Assembly (NCBI GenBank): GCA_024137785.1
Contig: JAHRHZ010000068.1
Span: forward strand, 1,173,609-1,237,608
Direction: 5' to 3'
Source: Ginglymostoma cirratum
Lineage: Eukaryota
Length of the DNA stretch: 64,000 nucleotides
A program made the translations under genes and the position numbers. Position 1 is the stretch's first letter. Each line of letters begins with the position of its first letter. This document shows positions 13,268 through 24,470 of this stretch, piece by piece. A model generated the notes under the pieces. That model made no database searches. It was given only the letters and a program-made list of their open reading frames with translations, and had not been told where the DNA came from.

Positions 13268-13493
13268 ATGGCATGCAGGGGAGAATTTACTCTCTGCTTT
13301 CCTGGCAAGGACCTGGAGTTCCTGCTGGACGGGGTGGTGCAGATCTGGGTCATACTCCTCCCCCAGGACCAGAAACAGAGGCCATGGCACTAAACCATGC
13401 TAGCTGGTTGCCACCTTGATCAATACAGTCTCAGCCAGCTGGAAGAATGCCCAGCACTGTAAGAGCGCTAATGACATTCTCCATTCCGTCAGT
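13268..13493 (+). mobile_element. Harbinger Myb/SANT-like (Myb_DNA-bind_5) partner gene, first-exon relic
   Basis: 'MACRGEFTLCFPGKDLEFLLDGVVQIWVILLPQDQKQRPWH*...VATLINTVSASWKNAQHCKSANDILHS' matches DLE.LLD.V....LFP...W.EVA..V...R...QCRK..NDL. It ends at a GTAAGT donor (13494-13499). Confidence 0.7.
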
Positions 13494-16169
13494 GTAAGTG
13501 TCACCATACACTTTCCTATACCTCACACATACACTGTCTCTGTTACTGTACCCAACTCCCACCAAGGTTCATGCTCTACCATCCTCACTATTTCCTGCAA
13601 TGACTTCCTTCACTCTCTCTCGCCCACTCCAACTCAACACCACAAACCCTGCGTTAACCTCGGCGCTGCCTATTCACCCACTCATTACACCACCCTACCT
13701 GTATTAAAAATAACAGTTGTGCCATGCACTTTCATCTGCCTTAATATCTACCTTTCTCTCATTCAAGGAGGAAATCTTAACAGGGCAGAAAGACTCTAGA
13801 CAGCTAGTGTGCTGCCTGATATTCAGCCCCTCAGCCTTTCATTAAGAGCATCCTGGGTCTGAGTGCCTCAAGTGGCTGACAGACCATTTCCAACCCCCCG
13901 GGGGTGGTATCAGAGGCTTCCCTCGACTTACTGTGAAGGGAACCCTGAGCGAAGATCATCCTTCTTGACCTGATTGAGGCCTATTGATAACTATAACAAG
14001 TTTCTTTCCTTTGTGTTTACACTAAACAGAAAAGCAAGACAGAAGCAAATGGGGCTTGGTATTTCTGCAAAATACAAAGCAAGGCAAGGCAGGCATGTTG
14101 TGTGAATCCAGATAGGTTCAGATTGACTGAGCCCCCTCAGATAACAGTAAGTGAGCATCTAAGAGATGCAGCCCGTTCTAGTCTGTGAACTAGACACATA
14201 ATCCCTGACCACACAGTGTCCTTGCTACAGCTTTATCATGAGAGTTGCTACTGCAACCCAAGGTGCATCACTGAAGTGAAAAACACCCTGTAAGTTGCTC
14301 AGAGATGTGCCATGGGGCCTCTTATAGACTTGGATGTGTCTGGTGCCAATGTCTGTGGATGTGGGATGGATGAAGCCTGTACCCATGATGCAAGTCTTGA
14401 GATCTTGTGCCCGTGTCCATGGAGACCCTTTGGAGAAAGAAGGCAGTGATCTGAATTCTCCAGGTGCCCACTCTGCTTTCCATGTTGTGTTTTCTCGGTG
14501 TTTAGCTTGTCTGGTGAGTTTGCTAAAACAGAAAGCTAAATATTGATTAAATGAGTCAGGCTGCCAACAAGGTATTTAGCAACAGATGTTCCTCCTTAGT
14601 TAGCAACTCGCCATGGCCTCGCAAGAAACTCACCATACCACTTGTGAAAAGCAGAAGGGATGCAGTGAGTTGCTTTGATGTTGAGACGGGCTTTGTCAGA
14701 TTTCTCATCTGATTCTGCCACACATCTTGCCACGGCCCTTATCACTCAGACCCTTACCAAGATTGCGCCACAAAATCACTGAATTATTTCAGTACAGAAG
14801 AAGGCCATTCCACCATTCCAGCCATCATGTCTGCACTGTCAGTAAACGTAGCCCAGTTATGTTTCCTATCAAAACTTCAAAGAGATTGCAACTAAAAGAT
14901 AAAAAATATTAGCCTAAAAATCAATCTCAGGAACATAAGAAAGGAACCATCTCAAATAAAGTACAGAGGAAAATAGGCAGATCATTCTGTAGATAAGTAA
15001 TGGGAAACTTTCAACAAGAAGGACTGAATTTTACCACGTTTTGGTTGCATGATTTTGTCAAATTTCATGGGCAGTTTATCTCCATGAAGCCTGGTGAGCA
15101 GGGTTAGAACAATGGAGGTATAGGGTAGGTGAGAGTGAGTGAGGGAAGATATGTTGCATGCAACAGTGAGAGTGGCAGAGCATGAGTCTTGGGTGGGAGG
15201 TGACTGCAGTTGAAGAGATGGCGTAAGTGTTGCTACCACATGGGGACAGCAAACCAAACCAAATCAGCCTTACTGCTACTGGATTCACAACACAATGAAA
15301 TCAATACATTCAATGACCCTCCAAACTGCCCAATTTTTTCTAACTAGACTTTATGAATTACAGAGCTTGAACACCAAGTTTATAAATTAAGCAAAAATTA
15401 ACAATGTGTTCTTTTAGTGTAACTTTAGCAGAACACATATAAACAACAAGGTAGTCTAATTAATATCTATGACCTCAAAGCCCAATTCACATTGGTTGTA
15501 AAACTCACTCACACAGATACAGATAGATAGATATAGTTAAGAGATAAATCAGAAAGGAAAATAAAAGAATTATAATTTGCTAGATCAATAAACTGTTTCC
15601 ACTGATTGACACGTAATGAAATCCTCAGACAATTAGTTGTTCACAGGCAATTAGTACTGTATATCTTGCTTGAATTCTGAAGTCACTGTTTAATCTAAAC
15701 AATTTCAGTAGACTCCTAGAAACATTTATTGAGTCCTTACAGACTGGGATTCTTTTCTCAGAACCTTCAACAATTTGAAAAGTGGAGAGAAACTAGAGAG
15801 AGCAAAACCAAATAGGACCATTTCTGAAAGTCTCCAAAGATCGCACTGCCTTCTGCCAAAAGCCAGTCTGAACCAGTTCTCTCTTGATTGACAAATTCAA
15901 CACCAAACTAGCTGACAGCCTTGAGCATAGCAACGGTTTGGTTCTGATTCGTTGACAGTGTCTTTAGATCAGTAATTAAGTTTTTCTTTACCGGCCCATT
16001 CCCAGCAGAAAACATGTGTCTTTGTTCCTTTCTTTTAAAACTAGCTGCAGTTGAACGTTTACAGTTCAGTTCTTAACTTTAACTCTCAGTTACAAGCCAA
16101 AAATGAGAAAAATAAAAGAAAAATAATGCTGGTCCCTATTGTATGAAGGAGGAGAGAAAGATAATGATA

Positions 16170-16400
16170 CATACACTGGAAGAGTGAGCAAGGACCGCTG
16201 ACCTTTCTCCTGTATTGTTGAATGCTCCTCCACATGGTTGACACCACACTGACTGGGTGGCAACCTCAGGCTAAGGTGACAGTGTCTGTCACGGCTTTCT
16301 CTGCCGATCCTGGGGGAAAGAACAGGCCTCCTCTGCACCTTCCCATTCAACAGGCCCTCCAGGTCCCTAGTTGCAAAGCAGTATATCAATTTCCCCTTCT
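16170..16400 (-). mobile_element. Second Harbinger Myb/SANT-like exon relic
   Basis: 'KGKLIYCFATRDLEGLLNGKVQRRPVLSP...VSVVSTMWRSIQQYRRKV' is homologous to 13268-13493 and ends at a GTATGT donor in the equivalent position. Confidence 0.7.
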
Positions 16401-16829
16401 CTGCAAAGTTCAGGACAAGTGTCAATGAGCCTTGCAGAGTGTCTATGGACTGCTAGCACTTGTTCAGATGCACATTTGCCTTCTGGCGCCAAGAATGTAT
16501 GCTTATTCTGGGATATCCTAGCAGTGGTGAGTTTTTCTAGCTATACCGAATGGTGGAATCTAGCTGGTATCAGACAAGAGTGTCACTATAGTGGAGGACT
16601 GGTAATTAACGGTCCAGATTTGGGACAATTGCATGATGGTCTCTGCATCTTCTTCTCACTTACTCAGGTCACCTCACCATCTTTCCCTTGCCTGTATCAG
16701 CAGTAGCAGCTGCACCACCCACCTTCATTTCACTCTATTGCTCCCTTTCTCCCAGTTCAGGAAGAGCCAAGGTGGGAAGTGAGATGAGATGACCGACATT
16801 CTGTTCCTCAGCCCCTCCAATGTCAATGT

Positions 16830-16880
16830 TAGAACGTAGAACAATACAGCGCAGAACAGGCCCTTCGGCCCTCGATGTTC
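16830..16880 (-). mobile_element. Very short CR1/HER1-like 3' tail insertion
   Basis: 'tagaacgtagaacaatacagcgcagaacaggcccttcggccctcgatgtt' is the reverse complement of a typical CR1 3' terminus with short tandem tail. Confidence 0.6.
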
Positions 16881-17325
16881 TGAATGTAACTGCCCCAAGC
16901 AACCAGATGACCATGTCTCAGATATCAAATGCTTCCTTTGATTTAGAGAGTGGGATCCCCCACTGTCTGAAGGGGGTGACGTAAGTGAACACTTCTCTTC
17001 TCTAATTCAAGATACGCCTCTCTGGTTGAAGCACATACAGTGTTTCTGCCACATACATGATTGGCACATGGCACAGTTGTAACACTAACATGCATAGTGG
17101 CATTCAGCAATATATCCCTCCCATGACTAGTGATTGCTGGCAACCATAACAAACTGTCTGGCTTTGTGTCTATGCTAAAAGACAAGTCAGGGCAAGGCAA
17201 GGTGGGGCAAGGCAGTGTGAACACCCACATTTCACAAACTGAGTGAGTGCTAAAAGAGCAAGTAACCCTGAGATGCAGCCTGGAACAGTCTGTAAGCCGG
17301 GTGCCTGTCCCTGAAAGCAAAATGC

Positions 17326-17935
17326 TCTCATAGCATCATAGGAATATACAGCATGGAAACAGACTCTTCGGTCCAACTCATCCATGCCGACCAGATATTC
17401 TAGATAAAACCAGTCCCATTTGCCAGCATTTGGCCCATATCCCACTAAACCCTTCTTATTCATATCCCCATCTAAATGCCTTTTAAATGTTGTAATTGTA
17501 CCAGCCTCCACTACTTCCACTGGCAGCTCATTCCATATATGCACCACTCTCTGTGTGAAAAAGTTGCCCTTTAGGTCCCTTCTAACTCTTTCCCCTCTCA
17601 CCTTAAACCTACGCCCTCTAGTTTTGGACTCCCCCATCCTGGGGAAAAGACCTTGCCTATTTACCTTATCCATGCCCCTCCTGATTTAAAATCCTCTACA
17701 AGGTCATCCCTCAGCCTCCGACACTCCAGGGAAAACAGCCCCAGCCTATTCAGCCTTTCCCGATAGCTCAAGCCCTCCAATCCTGGCAACATCCTTGTAA
17801 ATCTTTTCTGAACCCTTTCTAGTTTCAAAACATCCTTCCTATAGCGGGGAGATCAGAGTTGCACACAATACACCAAAAGTGGCTGAACTAATGTCCTGTA
17901 CAGCCGCAACATGACCTCCCAACTTCTATACCAAT
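17326..17935 (-). mobile_element. CR1 (HER1-like) LINE, 5'-truncated 3' end
   Basis: ORF 'MDKVNRQGLFPRMGESKTRGRRFKVRGERVRRDLKGNFFTQRVVHIWNELPVEVVEAGTITTFKRHLD' is the CR1 ORF2 C-terminus, followed by the 3' UTR. Confidence 0.92.
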
Positions 17936-18489
17936 AAAGCCAATAAAGCATTGTGATGATAGTTGGTGATATGCCTTAAAGTGCAGCATTGATGTGCAGC
18001 GGTGTACACTAAGCAGAACAGAGATGTGCCATGATGGAGCTGAAAGGCTGGCAAGTGTCAGATGCCAATGTCCGTGGACATGGGTGCCTACAGGTGCTGT
18101 CTATGGAGCCCTGAGATGTTGGTGCCAGATGTACAAGATGGTGATCCAGAGAAACAAACAGCTGGTTGGAATCATCTCCCCTGACTTACATGTCAGGAAT
18201 TCTTGGCTCAATGGGAAGCCACAGGCTAATCATGTGAGATTTGCTGTTAATAGCAATAACCTTCATTTATTAGCCTTTCATTGCTCTCTGATGAGAATTT
18301 CATCTCCATTAGAACACACGACTAGTTGTTCTAAATATCAAGAAAGGCCTCATTGGACTTCTCAAGTGGTTGTCCCAGGTCTTTCACCATGGCCAACGTC
18401 GTTCAGGGCTCCATAAGTTTCCACCAAGGTATTTGAGTCACCGACTTGATTTATTTACACAAGTAAAGAGGATTCAACTGGAGTTCCTT

Positions 18490-20060
18490 GGATGAACAGA
18501 TTCATTCAGATTGAAAAAAGAGAAAAAGTACTTATGGAGAGTGAACTCACAAACAAAAATCAAGTGGACTATATAAAAAAAAGAGGAAAACAAAACCAGA
18601 GGTTACAAAGACTAAGGGGAGTGGGATATAAACAGCAGCTAGCAGGTAACAAAAGGCATAATAAAGTATTATGTAGATGTATAGAAAGTAGGACCGATTA
18701 GAGATGAAGGAGGGAAATCTTATTGTACAACATGAAAGAAAAACGGTAGTAAACTTGTACTTCTCCACAGATTTCAAAGAATACAATAGAATGAAAATTT
18801 ATCCCTGGAGGAGGTGCATTAATTATATCATAGATAAGAAACTGAACTGAAAAATTTAATGAAATTGAAAATCAAAAGACAGGTTCAGGTGACTTCCAAA
18901 ACGCTCAGAAAGGAAATAGCTGATGTTGTGACTACAACTTTTAAAATATCTTTCAATATTGAAGCAATATTGAAAACCTGGAGGCCAATGTGATGCCTCT
19001 GTACAAAAATGGGCATGGATAAACACGGTAAGAAATGTCTAAACTTCTTAAAGGCCACAATGCAGTTTCAAATTAATTATCATTCGGTAAATGCAGCTTA
19101 ATTAATGGCAAGTACCACTTACTGATAAAGGAAATGCCATGTCTGAAAAATTGAGCTCTTTGAAGAAATAATGGAATGTGTAAATGAAAGAATGGCAGTG
19201 GATATTATGTGTATTTATTTTTAAAAGCCATTTGTTAAAGTGTTGCACAGGGACTTATGGCTAAATTAAGGCATATGGCTTTCAAGGGAATGAGACAGCT
19301 TGGAAGCTACTTAAAGGAAAGAAAACAGAGAGTACAGCTTAAGAGAATTATTTGGAGCAGGAGGGATGTAAACAATGGAGTCTCCTGGGGGTCAGTTTTG
19401 AGACCATTATTTTTCTCAATAGAAAGAATGATCTAGACTTGTGAATAGGAAGAGGGGGAGGGGATGGCCTTGTGGTATTATTACTAGACTGTTAATCCAG
19501 AGACCCACAAAGTATCTTGGGGACCTGGGTTTGAATCTAGCTATGGTAGATGGTGAAATTTGAATTCAATAAAATAAAAAACTAGAATTAAGAGTTTAAT
19601 GATGGCCATTGCCAATCGTTGGAAAATCCATCTGATTCATTAATGTCCTTTAGGGAAAGAAATCTACCATCCTCACCTCGCATACATGTGACTCCAAACC
19701 CATGTCAATATGATTGACTCTTAAAAAACTGCCCTCTGGGTAATTAGGAAAGGCAATAAATGCTAGCCTAGCCAGTGATATCTTCAACCTGTTAATGAAT
19801 GAAAAATTTCTTAGTTTTCAAGTATATTGGTACATACAAGGAACATAGTTAACTAAGAAAAATAGTGTAAGTCTGAAAGGACATGGATAGTTTAGTGGAT
19901 TGGGCAGTTGGATGTCAAATGAAACTTAATGTGAAAAAATATGAATAGAAATGTTGCGAGAAATAGTGGATAGGAAATACGTATTAAATGATAAAATTCT
20001 AAAAGCAGTAGGAGGTTTATGCATTCAGATATACAAAAATTTAAACGTGGGAGGGCAATT
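18490..20060 (+). mobile_element. Degraded CR1 ORF2 fragment, interrupted by a SINE
   Basis: Recognisable RT motifs: 'W-RANVMPLYK'-like at ~18980, 'aaagccatttgttaaagtg' (KAFDKV) and 'ggagtctcctgggggtcagttttgagacca' (GVPQGSVLGP). Confidence 0.7.
19455..19806 (+). mobile_element. tRNA-derived SINE (family A), near full length
   Basis: Box A 'tggccttgtggt', anticodon-arm-like 'gactgttaatcc', box B 'gggtttgaatct'. Body and tail are shared with four other copies. Confidence 0.85.
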
Positions 20061-22722
20061 TGGTAAACCTGCAAATTCACATCAGTTTCCAAAATTTCTG
20101 ACTAGTGACAGAAGCTATTTATATACTAAGTGAGGAAGGAATAGAAATTACTGAGCTTCTGCAGTGTCAATGGATGACCATTGACTACAGTGCAATATTT
20201 AGAGGCTTGCACACTGATTGTCACAGGAATGTAAATGTAAATGCACATAAGTTGATGTAATTTAGGCATTGGGATCACTTTGGGTCTATAAGCTGCTTTT
20301 CCTTCAAAGTGCTCAATGAAAAGGAGCCATAACCTGACCAAGGTGCAAACAAGCCTATCCTGCTAATAGCAAGTTCTGCCAATTCTATGTTTAGAACTCC
20401 TGAACTTGGTGTGGGAGTGTCTCTTGGCTCCAAAGTTGCTGGTTTCTACAATCTCTTGCAAAATCGAGGGGTCAATCAGCAAGGTGGTAATGCGATTGCA
20501 GAAGATATCTTTCTCCTGGCTTAAAATATATGCCAGAAGAAGGTGGTACTGGTAGAATGCCAGGGGGCAGAGTAAGATAAAAGCCATGGCCTGCGTTCAC
20601 TTACAGTGTGTCATTTGTCTTTTGATAGAAAGTGAAAAATGATATTTGATAGCTTCCTACTATAGAGGAGCCTCTGATCCACAATGTCAGTATACCTGTA
20701 TATATTTATAACTAGTGTTGAACAGATCTAGCCAATATTTTGATTCAGTTCAGAAAATGAGTAACTGCCTGACATCTCTTGACATGCATGTAATCAATGG
20801 CAGCTCCTTCTATCAAATCAGTTTTCTAGAGTGGAAAACCATGAAAGACACTTTATATCTTGTATTGGTTTCCATTTACTTTGGTTGTTATTACATATAG
20901 AAGTATTTCTCTTTGATTTTTGCAGGACCCATTAACACTGTCAGGGCCAAATGGAAATAGCCTGCCATGACCCTTGCTAGCTTCTACAACTCGTCCCACT
21001 TGACTGCAATTAGAACAATCAAACGCTCATGACACTAGCATTTGTGGGCAAATCAGTTTCTACACTGGGAGATACCTTTACATTGATTTCTCCCCTGTAA
21101 TGATTACAGTTAACATCAGAACCAAATACATCTAAATTTGAGAGTATCGTGAAACGGCTTCAGATAAGAATTCATGCATCGTTTTCTTTCACAAAACTAT
21201 AGACCACCAAGGATGATATTTCATGCACATGAACCCCTATCGTGAGGGAGTTCATTGTTAGTGCAATAAATAACCCAGGAGCTCCCTTTAGAAGACTTAA
21301 CCAGCTGTGCCCCATCAACATCCCACATGTCATAACTATAGTTAGGGTTGCACAAGGGATCACAGTCTGTGACTATTGCTGGTACAGAGTGCCATAATAA
21401 ATGTCATTCATGATCATCAAGCCTATTTTCCTAGTCGTGAACCTATGCAGTAGATCCTAATGAAAATTAGTTCTCCTGAATATGATCCTTGGCAGTTCCT
21501 CTACCCGCATTTCAATAAAGAATGGCAGCTGCTCACCATTTTCACACACCGTCCCACAGCATGGATTTGTGCACTGACTAAAATCTCTGCTGTCACCTAT
21601 GTATATATCACCATAATCACAGAGCCGATGAAACTTAAGCAGAGACTTCAGTCTACTGAAGTGTTCCCAAAACAGTTACAGAGGAATATTGTCAGAGTTC
21701 AGGGGAGTCAATGAGGCAGACATTCCCAAGAAAATCCATGTCTCAGTAAAAATGTGTATGTTAATAATACACTTTCTGATGTTAATAATGCACTTAATGG
21801 GGGAACTTGCATAAAGAAGCAGGTCATCTTTATCAATTGTGTGATTAGGGAACCTTCCAGCTACCAGATTTGGTTCTAATTCTTGCAAAAGGGAGTTGAT
21901 CATATTTCACTTATCTTCAGTGTCAACTGCTAAAAAACAAACGGTGTGAATAAGCACAAGAACACGTGTACTTCTTAAAGAAGAAGAGTGGGTCAACAAC
22001 AGCCATGTTTCTGTCGGTGACATGGAGCTGAATTTTACCAAAAAGTCCACAGTAAATTTCAGGGCGTTTCATGGAACATATCTCTCCGTGAATTCTGGTG
22101 AGTGTACCCTCATACATCCTCACGTTATTGTGTATGTACAATGCTGATATGGCACCGGCTTCACACTATCTTGCATTGACTAGCTGTGGAAGTACTCACC
22201 ACTGCTGGAACCTATTGGGATTCATGCCAAAAACACTATATTTGAAGCCAAATCAATCACTGCCAACCAAGAATAGCCCTTGACAGTTCACATAGTTGGA
22301 GGAAAGTAAAAATAAACAGCTTCAGACGACAAATAGATACCACGAGTGGCACTTCATTGGAGCTAGAAGCTCACATTCAGAAATGTATTATTAATTTACA
22401 TCCTCATCTGTCTGATTCATTGCCATTTTAGTTGTAGCTACAAGAATGAAGCTTCAGAGGCTACACATCTTTAGCTCCATATCATGTTGGAGCCCTGTCT
22501 AAGGGAGTCTTACTCTTTCTGTAATGCCTAGGTACCTCTACACAAGATGGTGGCAGAGCCTCTGGCCGCAGTTCCTCTGCTCCATCCGTTCTTTTTCCTT
22601 ATCTTCTCTCTTTCTCCTCCTTTTCTGCATTCTTTTTTAACTTCTGACTTACCCAGAGGAGAATGGAGGAGGTGAATCCAGACCGGAGGTCACTGCTGGC
22701 AAGACCCCAGAGGCGAGTCGAA

Positions 22723-22853
22723 GGAGCAGAAGCTGGCACGGGGAAGCAAGTCCTAGAGCGAAAGCTGGCATTGGGCAAGTGGGTACCGGAGTGAAGGCCG
22801 GTGCAGGAAAGCAAGTCCCGGAGCGGAGGCCAGCACAGGATGGGAAGTTCTAG
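22723..22853 (+). repeat. Degenerate ~32-bp tandem repeat, about 4 units
   Basis: ggagcagaagctggcacggggaagcaagtcct / agagcgaaagctggcattgggcaagtgggtacc / ggagtgaaggccggtgcaggaaagcaagtccc / ggagcggaggccagcacaggatgggaagttct. Confidence 0.7.
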
Positions 22854-23007
22854 AGAAAACACCTTGGAGCAACTGAGTGCTGGTGCGGAGCGGATTGGCG
22901 GCTTGGATCCGTGTCGGGACATTTGTTAGACTGGGGTCTGGTACTGGCAGTCAATCCACATATGAAAACCCCTGAGCTGAGCTATTGCAATACAATGTTT
23001 ATTTGCA

Positions 23008-23136
23008 GAGAGGTAGTGGGAACTGCCGATGATGGAGAATCTGAGATAACAAAGTGTAGAGCTGGATGAACACCGCAGGCCAAGCAGCATCACAGGAGCA
23101 GGAAAGCTGACGTTTGGGTCTGGACCCTTCTTCAGA
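23008..23136 (-). mobile_element. Short Penelope-type element with hammerhead-like core, subfamily 1
   Basis: Minus strand reads 'ctgaagaagggtccagacccaaacgtcag'. Exact 14-bp flanking direct repeat aatgtttatttgca at 22994-23007 and 23137-23150. Confidence 0.75.
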
Positions 23137-23769
23137 AATGTTTATTTGCAATTGTTTATCTGAGTGTAACGTCTATCCTTTCAACTTGCCTTTCAACTAT
23201 GTCATATTTCTAACTTGTACTATATATCACTGTAAAGTAATGAAACTACTTATCTATTTTATTCGTCTTTTTGTATCTAAAACTTGTACCGAGGTATTTA
23301 GTACCTAAGATGGCGCCATAAGAGGCAACATTGTAAACTTTTCACTGTACTCCTGGACTTGGGTACACGTGACAATAAAGGATATTCTTTTTCTATTCTA
23401 GGCATAAGATGTTGTCATTGGTTCAATGTGGGAACATCACATGTAGGCAAGACTTCAAACAAATTAAAGTGTTAACTTTTATTGAACAATTGGAAAAGCA
23501 AAGATAAAGCAAACAAGAAAAACTGCATTTGACTCTGGGAATAAACAAGAGCTGCTTATTTTTCAAGTAACAACAAATGTACAGTCAATGAATGATCACT
23601 TCATCCTCCTCTTATTCAGTGGAGATGGGTATCAACTAAGTTCTGTCTTGCTTGTTGTGCCTGACACTGCTGTGTTCTGTCATGCTAAGGGTACTAATGG
23701 TCCTACTCAATGTCATCTGCTTCCTCTCTGAAAGACTGCTGTCGCTCTCCCAACTCTTCAGTGACAATC

Positions 23770-24470
23770 TCATCCTCTCTCGCCCTACTCCAGTTGCGCA
23801 GAGTGCAGCCAGCAAGGATTATGCACACTCTGTCTGGATTGTACTGCAAAGCCCCAGAGACCTGTTTGATGTGTGGAAATTTATCTTCAGGATGCTTTTT
23901 ATGTGCTCTACCATGGTCCCAATGGAAGAATGCCTACACTTAACATCAGTCATAGGTTGTGTATCAGAGTCATTAGCCATGGCTGCAAAAGGTAGCCCTT
24001 GTCTTGCAATACTCATCCTTGTAGGGCATCTGGCCCTTGAAATAAAGCAGGAGTCTGAGAGATATCATGGACATACACATCATGGCAGCTTCCACGGTGC
24101 CTGGTGCAAACTTCTAGGGCTTAGATTTAAGATGAGAGGGGAAAGATTTAACAAGGACCTGAGGGGTAACGTTTTCACACAGAGGGTGATGGTATATAGA
24201 ACAAGCTGCCAGAGGAAGTGTTGGATGCAGGTATAATTACAATATTTAAAAGGCATCTGAATGGGTATATGAATGGGAAAGGTTTAAAGTGATATGGGCC
24301 AAAAGCTGGCAAATGGGACTAGATCAAATTGGGATATCTCGTTAGTGTGGAAGAATTGGACCGTAGGGTCTTTTCTATGCTGTATGACTCTATGACTGTA
24401 GGAGTCCTGAGATGCACCCCATTGTGATGATGGGTACCTGTGGCCAGTCAGCTGCATTGCAATATAAGGT
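23770..24470 (-). mobile_element. PIF/Harbinger transposase relic (best preserved), split by CR1
   Basis: Minus-strand translation 'AADWPQVPII' (GAIDCTHVAI-like) ... 'LLEVCTRHRGSCHDVYV..SQTPALFQG..G*VLQDKGYLLQPWLMT...VEHIKSILKINF..NRS-GALQYNPDRVCIILAGCTLRN' follows the HARBI1-family catalytic motif order. Stops and frameshifts are present. Confidence 0.88.
24113..24397 (+). mobile_element. CR1 LINE 3' end
   Basis: 'RFKMRGERFNKDLRGNVFTQRV' plus 3' UTR ending 'tgtatgactctatgact'. Homologous to 17326-17935. Confidence 0.9.

Larger units (their letters stand above)
22540..23400 (+). mobile_element. Probable non-autonomous LINE derivative (L2/Rex-Babar-like ends)
   Basis: Starts 'caagatggtggc', has a GC-rich interior with a tandem repeat, and ends 'ttttcactgtactc...gtacacgtgacaataaa', a recalled fish LINE 3' terminus. 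Confidence 0.45.

Noticed and set aside
19455-19545. tRNA gene (Asn-like GTT arm), and similar heads at 8626 and 31975
   Set aside because: These are SINE heads. They continue into multi-copy SINE bodies and lack a proper acceptor stem.
20363-20587. piggyBac-like peptide 'LLIDPSILQEIVETSN'
   Set aside because: A single short resemblance, with no further motifs, TIRs or TTAA sites identified.
22723-22853. CRISPR-like array
   Set aside because: Units are contiguous and degenerate, with no unique spacers and no cas genes, in vertebrate DNA.
23652-24236. 194-aa ORF as a novel gene
   Set aside because: It is a chimera of antisense Harbinger transposase and a CR1 3' fragment.
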